From Eggerthellaceae bacterium (lineage in GTDB: Bacteria > Actinomycetota > Coriobacteriia > Coriobacteriales > Eggerthellaceae), in assembly GCA_963643505.1 (NCBI GenBank), contig CAVIKF010000008.1, positions 2,363 through 66,362 of the forward strand: a stretch of 64,000 nucleotides of DNA, given 5' to 3'. The position numbers and the translations under genes are program-made. Below, piece after piece: positions 32,646-41,270 of the stretch. Below the pieces are notes generated by a model that made no database searches, was not told the DNA's origin, and saw only the letters and a list, made by a program, of their open reading frames with translations. Every line of letters starts with the position of its first letter. Positions within the stretch are counted from its first letter, which is position 1.

Positions 32646-35260
32646 TGGAACAAAAGCTGGAAAAATCTGTCTCTCGACGGCGATGGCTCATCCCCGCATT
32701 GGTTGTCGCCTTGATTGCCACGCTGTGCATCGCAGGAGTGTTTCTCTATCGCTATGCCTTTGAGCAGCTGCATGAGGAGTCCGTTTCCCAGCTCGAGGAG
32801 CTAAGCCAACAACTCTTTGAGAAGCTTGACGTTCAAATTGAAAACCAGTGGTCCTACCTAGAAAAACTAAGGGCTTCGCTTGCGGAGATGGGCGACATGA
32901 CGCGGGATGAGTTGGCGGAGCAGCTTGCGCATGGCGAGGAGGACTTCGGTCCATACGGAAAGCAGATCTACTTCCGTGCAATTGATGAGGACGGCTATTA
33001 CTACACAAATACCGGCAGACAGGGGTTTTGGTCGGGGCTCGACCGATTGTCCGGAGCGGAGCGGCAATGCTTCACGATTGCCGACTGGTTGGACAATGAA
33101 AGCTATATGGTGTTCGCCGTCAAGGTGACGGAGACGTTGGAGGTGGACGGTCACAGGATAGAGTATTTGGTTCTTCTGCGCTCCATGATGGATATGCAAC
33201 CGTATTTCCGCTCCAGCGCTTTCGGGAACCAAAACATGGTCTATATCATCAACTACGAAGGTTTCGTCATGGCATCGGACGGCGATTTGCCGGAAATCGA
33301 CTTTGAGGGAAATAACGTTTTTTACCGCATGAAGGAGCAGACTTATCCCCACATGGACGGTTTTGATGCCGTGTTGGAACGGGGAAACACGTCCGGGACA
33401 GTCTGCACTGATGTGATCATCGGAGGGAAGAAATACTATCTGGTCTACGACCGCTTGCCTAACTATGACTGGTCGGTGTTTTTGTTGATGTCCGGCGAGG
33501 ATGTGGCCGTCAGTGCGACCGAGATGGTTAACTCGATGTTGCGGGTGTTTCTTCTGCTTGCCGGCGTGCTCGTGGCGGCGGGGACGGCAATCTTTGCTTT
33601 TGTCCTGCGTATCCAAAGAGATAAGAGGTTGATGGCGGTTAGGGAGCAAAGCGAGAAGGCACTTCAAGAGGCGAATAGGGAGCTCCAAAAACTGCAGGAT
33701 GAAACGGATAAGGCACGTCTCGCCGCGGAAAAGGCGACCACGGCAAAGAGCCAGTTCCTTGCCAATATGTCCCACGATATTCGTACGCCGATGAACGCCA
33801 TCATGGGTGTGACGCATCTGATGGAGCACGAGACGGATAATCCCGCGCGATTGCGCTACTACATCAGGAAGCTCCAATCCTCCGGTCGGCATATGCTGGG
33901 CCTGATCAATGATATTTTGGATATGAGCAAAATTGAGACAGGCGAGGTGCAGCTTAATTGCGAACCTATCAAGTTGGCGGAACAGGTGGGGCAAGTCGAG
34001 AGCATCATCCGTCCCCAGAGCAATGAGAAGGGGCAGGCGCTCACGATTCGCGTTTATGAGGTGACACACGAATACCTGATAGGCGACAGTATCCGAATCC
34101 GCCAGATATTCCTGAATCTTTTGACAAATGCGGTGAAGTATACGCCAAGCGGCGGCTCGATCCTCTTTGAGATCAGGGAGTTGCCTTGTGAGGAGCCAAA
34201 CTGCGCCACGTTGCGCACTTCTGTCATCGACAATGGCCACGGTATGTCGGCAGACTTTTTGACACACATTTTCGAGCCGTTCACTCGCGAAACGAGCACC
34301 CTTACCAACAAGGTGCAGGGCACGGGTCTTGGCATGAGCATCACCAAGAGCCTAGTGGATTTGATGGGTGGAACCATCGCGGTGGAAAGTGAGTTGGAGA
34401 AGGGCAGCCACTTCGATGTGACGTTGACGCTTCCTATCGACACGGAGGCGATGCGTGCTCCTCATATCCAAAGCGTACTTCTGATTGCTGACGAGAAGAC
34501 GTTGGTGACGAACGTGAAGGCCTCGCTGCGTGAGACCTCCGTGGGGTTGCGCGTCGCCGCTTCATTGGACGAGGCGATAGCGTTGCTTCGCGAGGAACCG
34601 GCGGATGCAATTCTTTTGTCCGGTTATCTTGCCACAGAGGGGTTGGCGGACACGGTGCGTCTGTTGCGTTCTGCAGCGCGTGGCGAGGTGTTGGTATTCT
34701 GTTGCGACTATGCGCACAGGGCGAGCGTGCGCGACGTGCTGATCGACAGCGACGTAGACGGACTGATTGCGCGCCCGTTCTTCTTTGAGAACTTGGTGCT
34801 CGCGGTTAAACATTCGCGCGAAGAGGGAACGAGTTCCGAACGCGAGGGACGTTTATCCGCATTGAACGGGAGACGTTTCCTTTGCGCCGAGGACAACGCG
34901 CTCAACGCCGAGATCCTTGAGGCGATGCTTGCCTTACACGGTGCTTCCTGCACGATTTATCCGGACGGCGCGGCGCTTGTGGATGCTTTTGCCTCGGTGA
35001 AGCCGGGGGATTACGACGCGATTCTGATGGATATGCAGATGCCGAACATGAACGGTGTGGAGGCGACGCGCGTTCTCCGCAGCGGAGAGAATCCGCTCGG
35101 CAAGACGATCCCCATCATTGCCATGACCGCCAACGCTTTTATTTCGGATGTGGAGGAGTGTCTTGATGCGGGCATGGATGCGCATCTGGCAAAGCCGCTT
35201 GACATCAACGCGATGGAGCGTGTCTTGCAAGAGCTTTTGGGCGGAAGTGTTGCGGAGTAG
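32645..35260 (+). CDS. Hybrid sensor histidine kinase (extracytoplasmic Cache-like domain, HisKA, HATPase_c, degenerate receiver, canonical receiver)
   Basis: TM1 is LIPALVVALIATLCIAGVFL. A ~270-aa extracytoplasmic region follows, then TM2 (VFLLLAGVLVAAGTAIFAFVL) and a coiled coil. The H-box is FLANMSHDIRTPMNAI, and the G-box is GTGLGMSI. The first receiver-like region lacks the acceptor Asp context (DAILLSGYL). The second receiver is canonical (RFLCAEDNALN...DAILMDMQMPNMNG...AMTA). Confidence 0.9.
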   Translation: MEQKLEKSVSRRRWLIPALVVALIATLCIAGVFLYRYAFEQLHEESVSQLEELSQQLFEKLDVQIENQWSYLEKLRASLAEMGDMTRDELAEQLAHGEEDFGPYGKQIYFRAIDEDGYYYTNTGRQGFWSGLDRLSGAERQCFTIADWLDNESYMVFAVKVTETLEVDGHRIEYLVLLRSMMDMQPYFRSSAFGNQNMVYIINYEGFVMASDGDLPEIDFEGNNVFYRMKEQTYPHMDGFDAVLERGNTSGTVCTDVIIGGKKYYLVYDRLPNYDWSVFLLMSGEDVAVSATEMVNSMLRVFLLLAGVLVAAGTAIFAFVLRIQRDKRLMAVREQSEKALQEANRELQKLQDETDKARLAAEKATTAKSQFLANMSHDIRTPMNAIMGVTHLMEHETDNPARLRYYIRKLQSSGRHMLGLINDILDMSKIETGEVQLNCEPIKLAEQVGQVESIIRPQSNEKGQALTIRVYEVTHEYLIGDSIRIRQIFLNLLTNAVKYTPSGGSILFEIRELPCEEPNCATLRTSVIDNGHGMSADFLTHIFEPFTRETSTLTNKVQGTGLGMSITKSLVDLMGGTIAVESELEKGSHFDVTLTLPIDTEAMRAPHIQSVLLIADEKTLVTNVKASLRETSVGLRVAASLDEAIALLREEPADAILLSGYLATEGLADTVRLLRSAARGEVLVFCCDYAHRASVRDVLIDSDVDGLIARPFFFENLVLAVKHSREEGTSSEREGRLSALNGRRFLCAEDNALNAEILEAMLALHGASCTIYPDGAALVDAFASVKPGDYDAILMDMQMPNMNGVEATRVLRSGENPLGKTIPIIAMTANAFISDVEECLDAGMDAHLAKPLDINAMERVLQELLGGSVAE

Positions 35261-35314
35261 TGGGGACCCTTGTTCAGGGTGCTAGACTAGTGTCATGCTC
35301 GAGAAAGGAATGAC

Positions 35315-35860
35315 ATGAAGCTTGTCATAGCATCCGATATCCATGGCTCCGCGGCGGCCGCCCACCAATTGGTTGAGCGCATCGAGGAGCTCCAACCTGA
35401 TCGCCTTGTCTTTTTGGGGGACCTGTTGTATCACGGCCCGCGAAATGATTTGCCGACAGAGTATGACACGAAGGCGGTCTATGAGCTGATTGGTGCGTTG
35501 CCGTATCCCAAGACGGCGGTGCGTGGCAATTGCGATGCCGAGGTTGACCAATGGATGTTCGATTTCGATATCCTTGCGGACTACCGACAAATCGAGGTCG
35601 ATGGGCGCGTGTTCGCCATGACCCATGGTCACCTGTATGGTCAGGGGGTCTTGCCTCCTGGGTGCGAGGATGCGGCGGTGCTCATGAACGGCCACACCCA
35701 CGTTAAGGTTCTCGAGCGCAAAGATGGGCTTGTCTTGCTCAACCCGGGTTCCACGTCGATTCCGAAGGATGGGTTGGCGAGCTACGCCACGTACGACAAC
35801 GGTGTCTTCGCTTTGCGTGCGCTTGACGGCGGCGAGGTCGTCAAGGAGTTGGCGATATAG
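35315..35860 (+). CDS. yfcE: YfcE-family metallophosphoesterase
   Basis: The calcineurin-like motifs appear in order: ASDIHGS, FLGDLLYHGPRN, VRGNCD, MTHGH, NGHTH and LNPGS. At 181 aa the length is typical of YfcE/MJ0936-type phosphodiesterases. Confidence 0.8.
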   Translation: MKLVIASDIHGSAAAAHQLVERIEELQPDRLVFLGDLLYHGPRNDLPTEYDTKAVYELIGALPYPKTAVRGNCDAEVDQWMFDFDILADYRQIEVDGRVFAMTHGHLYGQGVLPPGCEDAAVLMNGHTHVKVLERKDGLVLLNPGSTSIPKDGLASYATYDNGVFALRALDGGEVVKELAI

Positions 35861-35900
35861 GAGCCGCGTCTGCCGTTTTGGGGCTTGGGGGTGTCGCTGG

Positions 35901-35988
35901 GACTACGTCCGACAACCCCATGACGAATTGGCTACGTTGGCAGCCCGCACTGGAGAGCGGCGAGGTTGTCAAGGAGTTGGCTGCGTAA
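35901..35988 (+). pseudogene. Decayed duplicate of the last ~25 codons of yfcE, with its own stop codon
   Basis: GCGGCGAGGTTGTCAAGGAGTTGGC (35957-35981) matches 35829-35853 at 24 of 25 positions. In frame it reads ...SGEVVKELAA-stop, against ...GGEVVKELAI-stop for the intact gene. Weaker similarity extends upstream (CTACG..CGACAAC). Confidence 0.7.
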
Positions 35989-36075
35989 GATATTGCGATA
36001 GGTGTCTAGCGTGCTTCCGCCCAAATTGACTCAAACGAGCTTATGTGGGCGTAATCGATTGCGCAAAGGGAGGGC

Positions 36076-36094
36076 TATACCCCTAGGGGGTATA
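36076..36094. repeat. 19-nt perfect palindrome TATACCCC-TAG-GGGGTATA
   Basis: Read directly from the sequence. It lies between convergent genes and has no T-tract. Confidence 0.8.
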
Positions 36095-36127
36095 ACTTGT
36101 GCTTGCGAATTAGACGTGAATCGGTAC

Positions 36128-36189
36128 CCTAGGAAATGGGTTAGAAAGGCAAGCGGATTCTAGGCGATTGCACCAACGTTCGGCACACT
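36128..36189 (+). repeat. Copy B of the ~62-nt paralogous intergenic element (partner at 25427-25488)
   Basis: The alignment is given under copy A. Both copies have the same orientation and lie 10,701 nt apart. Confidence 0.7.
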
Positions 36190-36238
36190 GCCAGCTATGC
36201 GCTAGTTTTAGCGCTTGCATCAGGGAAGCACTACCAAA

Positions 36239-39200
36239 TTATTGCTCGGTAGGTTCTTCCGCGTCGGCAGATAGGACGGCTTTCGCGGTTACGCCGGCAG
36301 CGGTTGCCGCCACCGCAGCGGCTGCTACCATTGCTGACGACATGCCATCGCCCGTGGAAGGAGCGGTCTTGCCGCTGCCCGAACCGCCGCTACCACCGTC
36401 ACCGGAACCGTCACCCTTCTTGTCGCCCTCAACCTCGTAGACGGCAGGCAACGCGGAAAAGTTACTGGCCACACCAGAGGTGTCCTGCGCAGTGAAGGCG
36501 AGCGGGCGGCGACGTGGGTCGACGATTTGCTGCACACCGGCACCGAACAGCGACTCGGAGAACTCGTCGGCGTCGAGCCACGACAGATGGTCGGCACCAG
36601 CGCGCAGCGTCGAAGCGTCGCTTGCGTTGCCCGCCTCGGCCTCAGCAGCAAGTGACTTTTTCGCGGCGTCCACCTGAGAGAACACGGTTTTTGCCGAGGC
36701 GTTGTTTGCGTACGGGTTTGATCTGGGATTGCTCAACTGCACGTGGAATTCGGTCGCACCTTCATAATCCTCGGGCATCGTGAAGGTGAACAGGTACGAA
36801 CGGATGAAGCCTGGCCACAGGATGCCCGATTGGTCGCGAATATCTTCGACGAACTCCGTCTTCGGCGAACCGTCTTCATTTTTGGCAAGGGTGCCGTCGA
36901 CTTCGCGCACCGAATGATAGTTCTCAGCCGACGGGCGCAGATAATCGCGCAGGTCGGAATACGCTTGCTCGAAGACGGTCTTGCCGCCGTCGTCGGTCAC
37001 AGTGACGGTGAAGCCGGTGATGAGCGCATTGCCGACGTTCGAAACGGTTAGAACGAACGGCACGATATCGCCCGGCGCCGCATACGGTGTCTCGGGCTGG
37101 GCGCTCTCACACTGTATGGCCAACACGTCGGGCACCGTCACCTGATACACGTCGCACTTGGCGGCTTCAACGTCGGTGACGTCAGTCATCACGAAGTCGC
37201 GTCGGCCGTCGCCGCAGGTGAGCACCGCCATGCTATTGGGCGGGAAAGCAAGACGCGCGATAGGATAGAACTCATGAAATGCGCCGAGCGATTCGATCCA
37301 ACGCGACTCGAACAGTTGATACACCGGTTCGGCGACGGTGTTGGTGTACGAGGATCCGCCGAAGTTCGCACCCGTCTTCGAGTTGTAATGCGTCGAGCTG
37401 AGCACCTCGGCTCCTTTGTTGATTAGCTCGAGCGTGTCATTGTCAACGATGCTCGATGCGCCGTCATTGATATGGATGGTGTACATGCGCTTGCCGTCGG
37501 CCGTAACGACGCAGTGCGAATCGGTGGAGTAGCCGTCCACCTCACTGGCGGAAAGCTTGCCCGTGCCAGCATCATATTGCACCACATGGTTTTTCTTTTC
37601 AGTCATATACAAGCTGCGCTCGAAGTATACGTAAGCAGTGTCAACCTCGGTACCGCTCGGGACCTGGTCGTAGCCGGTGAACTCATGCTTGCGCCGCGAG
37701 AACGCCGTCGCCTCAGGCAACAGCAGCTGGCCGTCGGCTATGGCTCCGTCAGCGTTGAAGCGCACCGATTCCACGAAACTTGCGGCAACGCCACTAACCG
37801 ATCCGGTCCACGCGATCAGGCTATGGAAGCGGTTGTCGAACGACCCAGTTTCACCTTTTGCCTGATCAAACTTGTTGTCACGGTGATTGGTCACGTCGAA
37901 CGTGCCGTTGATGATATCGCGCTCGGATCCTGTAAAGCCGGATACCGAAGACAGGTTCAGCGGCACCTCAAACAGGAACCTCTGAGTCAGCAGATTGAAC
38001 GCGTACGCATAAACGCCACAGTTCACAACGTTATCCGGATCGCTCTTGAAGCAGTAGAAGCATATGTTGAAGTTCTCGATGCCATACTGGGGAATTCGCG
38101 TCTGTAGCAGAGTTCGAGGATGGTAGCTGGCGATGCCGTTTTCCTTCAGGTCAGAATACAGCGATTTCGCCGCCATACACATGCCAGTCGAAACGTTCCA
38201 GTCGACCAGGGTGACAAACTGATTGGCGATGGCCTCATCGTAGGGCATCTCTTTGTCGCCGTCGACGACCAAGCTGGTGATGGCGGCGATCACGTGCAAG
38301 TGAGGCATGGCGTTGGGGTACGCGTCCATCATTACCTCGAAGTCGTAATCGACGTCGTGGCGGTTGACGGGCAAGACGCCGTCAACATTGAAATCGATGA
38401 CCTGTTCTTCGTCGAAGGCATGCTTGGTGGCATCCCAGCGACGGATGCATACACGGCTGCGGGCGTAGGTCACATTGCCATCCGCGACGGTCGAGGTGAC
38501 CAGGCGCGCCGTGATGGTGTTGGCTTCGGGGTCGGCGCCGTACAGGGTGCTACACGCCACGGTGCGCAAACGTGTGTTGCTGTAAACGTCCTTGTAGAGC
38601 ATCTCTTGGCCTGTAGGCACCAAGCCCAGACGCGGGTTATAGGTTTTCACCTGGGAGAAGTCGGCTTGTGTGCCCGTCTTGGCAAGGTCGCTTGTGCCCG
38701 TGAAGCCGGACATGAGGAGGCCCGTGCCGCTATCCAACCCAGCATAAGGGCTTGCAAAACCCTTGGCAGACACCGGACCGGGGGAAACAAGCCCCGCACC
38801 GGATCCTTCGGGGACGACGCGCAGCTTCCTACGCTTGTAGGTTGCGGGAGAACCAGGTATGAAGCCTTCGGTCGAGCCCTCCTCGGGCGAGTCGGAAGCG
38901 GAATCGAAAGCAAAATCGGAGCTGGGGCCTTCTCCGTCAACCGCGGAGGTGGCAACGGAGGCCGCAGTCACACTTGCAGAGCCTAAACCGGAGGTGTTTT
39001 CGTCAACAGTGCCTTCGAATTCCGCAGCGCTAGTCATGTCATCCTGCGTAAACATCTTTGCATCGGATAAGTCCAGGTCATAAGGCCTGCCTGCCACAAA
39101 GGAAGCGCCATCAGATGCGAGCGATTTGGGCGGGTTCCAAGTGTCGAGGTTGAAGATCTCCCACCCCTTGTCGAAAATCTGAATGGTATGCGAGTAGATG

Positions 39201-41083
39201 CATGATTGGATAACGAATTCCAAGCTACCGGTGCCCACCAACTGTCCACGATAGAAATGCTCGGATGAGCTGCGGTCGAAGGTGCTCTTGTCCATGATCC
39301 TCAAGTAGCCCCTGACACCGACACCGAAGATACCGCGGATGCCGGCGGCAACAGTCAGGCCGCCTTCGACCGTTACAAGGAATATGACCTGAGGCATGAA
39401 GCTGCCATCGTAATGGTGGCCCCACTGAATGTTCTCGTGCCAATTCTTATACGCAATGCCAAGAGCTATCTTAAGCTGGAAAAATACCTTGAAATCGATA
39501 TTCAGGTACAGCGGAATACACACAAGCGAGAATTGGCAACCAGAGCTTACGTTCAGGGAGAAGTCCGCGGCGAAAGCCAAATCGGCAGTGCTTGTGGTCT
39601 CGTAAACCGGCGTGGTGGAAACTATGGAGGAAGTGCCATAGAGCATGACGGTCACATCGAAGGCAGCCGAGACCGTGGTGGTAAGGGGCGACTTTCCGCA
39701 AAAGAGGTTTTTCTTGCTGAGGCCGGAATATGCCTGCTCGACAGCCTTCCAACTATCGGAAACGGCGCTCTTCCACGATGTGAAGCCTTCCTTTCCCGCC
39801 TTGCCGTTGAACCATTTGAACTTCTCTCCGGGCTTAAGCTTATCCTCACCGTTTTTCTCTTTGAGCAGGGTGTATGAAAAGATGGTTATCGATCCGCCGA
39901 AATTTCCGTTGACGTCGCTCCAGAAGTCCATCGGACAGCCTGGAATGCCAAAGAGGAACGATTCCTTTTGGCCGAACAGCCAGTCAAACTGCCAGGCAGG
40001 ACGAGGGTCGCGATGACCATCCGGGTCGTAGGCGATGGAGAGCGTCTGATTGGCCTGGCCGTCCTGCAGCACCACGACGGCCTGCTTGAATTCGAGCGGC
40101 AGCGTTGCCGAAATTACGGAGTCGCTTCCCACTTGGAATTTGATTTTCGCCTTTTGGCCAGGGGTGATGTTCTTCAAGTAGTTGTCGATAAACGTTGCGT
40201 TGGCGAGTTTGGGATTGCTGGCGGAACGCGTTGCGGTCTTTTTCCCGGCAGATTGGCCGTCTATCAACAGCTCGACGTTCACGGTGGCTGATGTATCCGG
40301 CGCGCATACCTGCACGTCGAAGGTGTGGTCGACGTCGCTGTAATCTCCCACATACGCAGGCTCATCACTGTGCAGGACGTCAATCTCGTCAAGTGTGACA
40401 TAGCGCAAGTACGGCGACCCATCATCGGCTTCAATGGGAAGTTCGATGACATTCGGGCGCGCTCCGTCCTCGTTTGCCGTCACGCCCGAAATGATATATT
40501 CGGTTGGGAAGTAGATTTCGCGACAGCCTTCCTTTTGGGCCAGCACTTCGCCGTAGAACGAGTAGCGTGGCGCATCGTCCTCGTCGCATTCGAAGGAGAG
40601 CGGGCGGATGTTGACAACCGCAAACCCGTCGTTGCCGGTGGTGACATTCAGCTGTTTTTGATTGAAGCTCGAAGTGATGGTGACGTTCACGCCGCCGACG
40701 CCAACCTTGTCGGAAACGGTTTGGCGCATGGCCATAATGGGCACTTCGTAGCGGCTGAGCACGTAAACAGTGAAATGCGTGCCTCCTTCCTCGTCGGCGT
40801 ATGCGTTCACAACGGTGCCGTCGTGGAAAGCGACTGAGCCCAAGAAAGTAAGCGCACCTGCAATCGCCGAGACGCTTATAAACGAACGGCGGGAAAACAT
40901 CGGGTTGGCCATAAGCGCACCCGTTGCAGCGTTAAGGTTGTCAAGTACCGGGTCGCAGTCGCGGTCGCGCTCGAGATTGTCGCCGAGGTTGCGGTCATGG
41001 TCGCCGGCGCGCTCGAGATCGCCGCCGCGGTTGCAAGAGGGTTTTTTCGCCCCGCCCTGTATGTTTCCGAAATTGAGCCCCAT
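36239..41083 (-). CDS. Giant (up to 1614 aa) Tat-signal extracytoplasmic protein of unknown function with CARDB-like domain and C-terminal hydrophobic anchor
   Basis: The twin-arginine motif is FSRRSFISVSAIAGALTFLGSVAF...NAYA-DEE. It is preceded by a 57-aa charged region if translation starts at 41083 (GGGAAAGGGA lies 6 nt upstream); alternative ATGs are at 40912 and 40900. A CARDB-like segment reads PGDIVPFVLTVSNVGNALITGFTVTVTDDGGKTV. The C-terminus reads GDGSGDGGSGGSGSGKTAPSTGDG followed by MVAAAAVAATAAGVTA. I did not recognise most of the protein. Confidence 0.8.
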   Translation of the reverse strand: MGLNFGNIQGGAKKPSCNRGGDLERAGDHDRNLGDNLERDRDCDPVLDNLNAATGALMANPMFSRRSFISVSAIAGALTFLGSVAFHDGTVVNAYADEEGGTHFTVYVLSRYEVPIMAMRQTVSDKVGVGGVNVTITSSFNQKQLNVTTGNDGFAVVNIRPLSFECDEDDAPRYSFYGEVLAQKEGCREIYFPTEYIISGVTANEDGARPNVIELPIEADDGSPYLRYVTLDEIDVLHSDEPAYVGDYSDVDHTFDVQVCAPDTSATVNVELLIDGQSAGKKTATRSASNPKLANATFIDNYLKNITPGQKAKIKFQVGSDSVISATLPLEFKQAVVVLQDGQANQTLSIAYDPDGHRDPRPAWQFDWLFGQKESFLFGIPGCPMDFWSDVNGNFGGSITIFSYTLLKEKNGEDKLKPGEKFKWFNGKAGKEGFTSWKSAVSDSWKAVEQAYSGLSKKNLFCGKSPLTTTVSAAFDVTVMLYGTSSIVSTTPVYETTSTADLAFAADFSLNVSSGCQFSLVCIPLYLNIDFKVFFQLKIALGIAYKNWHENIQWGHHYDGSFMPQVIFLVTVEGGLTVAAGIRGIFGVGVRGYLRIMDKSTFDRSSSEHFYRGQLVGTGSLEFVIQSCIYSHTIQIFDKGWEIFNLDTWNPPKSLASDGASFVAGRPYDLDLSDAKMFTQDDMTSAAEFEGTVDENTSGLGSASVTAASVATSAVDGEGPSSDFAFDSASDSPEEGSTEGFIPGSPATYKRRKLRVVPEGSGAGLVSPGPVSAKGFASPYAGLDSGTGLLMSGFTGTSDLAKTGTQADFSQVKTYNPRLGLVPTGQEMLYKDVYSNTRLRTVACSTLYGADPEANTITARLVTSTVADGNVTYARSRVCIRRWDATKHAFDEEQVIDFNVDGVLPVNRHDVDYDFEVMMDAYPNAMPHLHVIAAITSLVVDGDKEMPYDEAIANQFVTLVDWNVSTGMCMAAKSLYSDLKENGIASYHPRTLLQTRIPQYGIENFNICFYCFKSDPDNVVNCGVYAYAFNLLTQRFLFEVPLNLSSVSGFTGSERDIINGTFDVTNHRDNKFDQAKGETGSFDNRFHSLIAWTGSVSGVAASFVESVRFNADGAIADGQLLLPEATAFSRRKHEFTGYDQVPSGTEVDTAYVYFERSLYMTEKKNHVVQYDAGTGKLSASEVDGYSTDSHCVVTADGKRMYTIHINDGASSIVDNDTLELINKGAEVLSSTHYNSKTGANFGGSSYTNTVAEPVYQLFESRWIESLGAFHEFYPIARLAFPPNSMAVLTCGDGRRDFVMTDVTDVEAAKCDVYQVTVPDVLAIQCESAQPETPYAAPGDIVPFVLTVSNVGNALITGFTVTVTDDGGKTVFEQAYSDLRDYLRPSAENYHSVREVDGTLAKNEDGSPKTEFVEDIRDQSGILWPGFIRSYLFTFTMPEDYEGATEFHVQLSNPRSNPYANNASAKTVFSQVDAAKKSLAAEAEAGNASDASTLRAGADHLSWLDADEFSESLFGAGVQQIVDPRRRPLAFTAQDTSGVASNFSALPAVYEVEGDKKGDGSGDGGSGGSGSGKTAPSTGDGMSSAMVAAAAVAATAAGVTAKAVLSADAEEPTEQ

Positions 41084-41270
41084 AACGAATCCCTTTCCCG
41101 CGAAAAAATACAGATTGAAAAAACGCAGTTTGGAACACTATACCACCGGAAATAATAGGAAGGCTCACCACCTACTTGCGGTCTTTGACACCAATACTGG
41201 CTTTTTGTCGTTCTTGCAACGATCAAGCCTTACAATGCGGCAAAAGCGGTCATCAAGGAAGGAAAAAATC

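Noticed and set aside
25427-36189. Calling the signalling block a mobile element or genomic island outright.
   Set aside because: No integrase, transposase, tRNA target or clear terminal inverted repeats are present. The evidence is limited to flanking direct elements, lower GC and a gene-end stub, so it is reported as a hypothesis and not annotated as a mobile_element.
36168-36440. 90-aa plus-strand ORF starting inside copy B of the 62-nt element.
   Set aside because: Most of it is antisense to the 3' end of the 1614-aa gene. It is Ala/Pro/Ser-rich and has no RBS.
40770-41270. Upstream 167-codon extension of the isochorismatase ORF.
   Set aside because: It overlaps the 5' end of the divergent 1614-aa gene and is Ser/Arg/Pro-rich. 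A good RBS and the conserved family N-terminus begin at ATG 41271.
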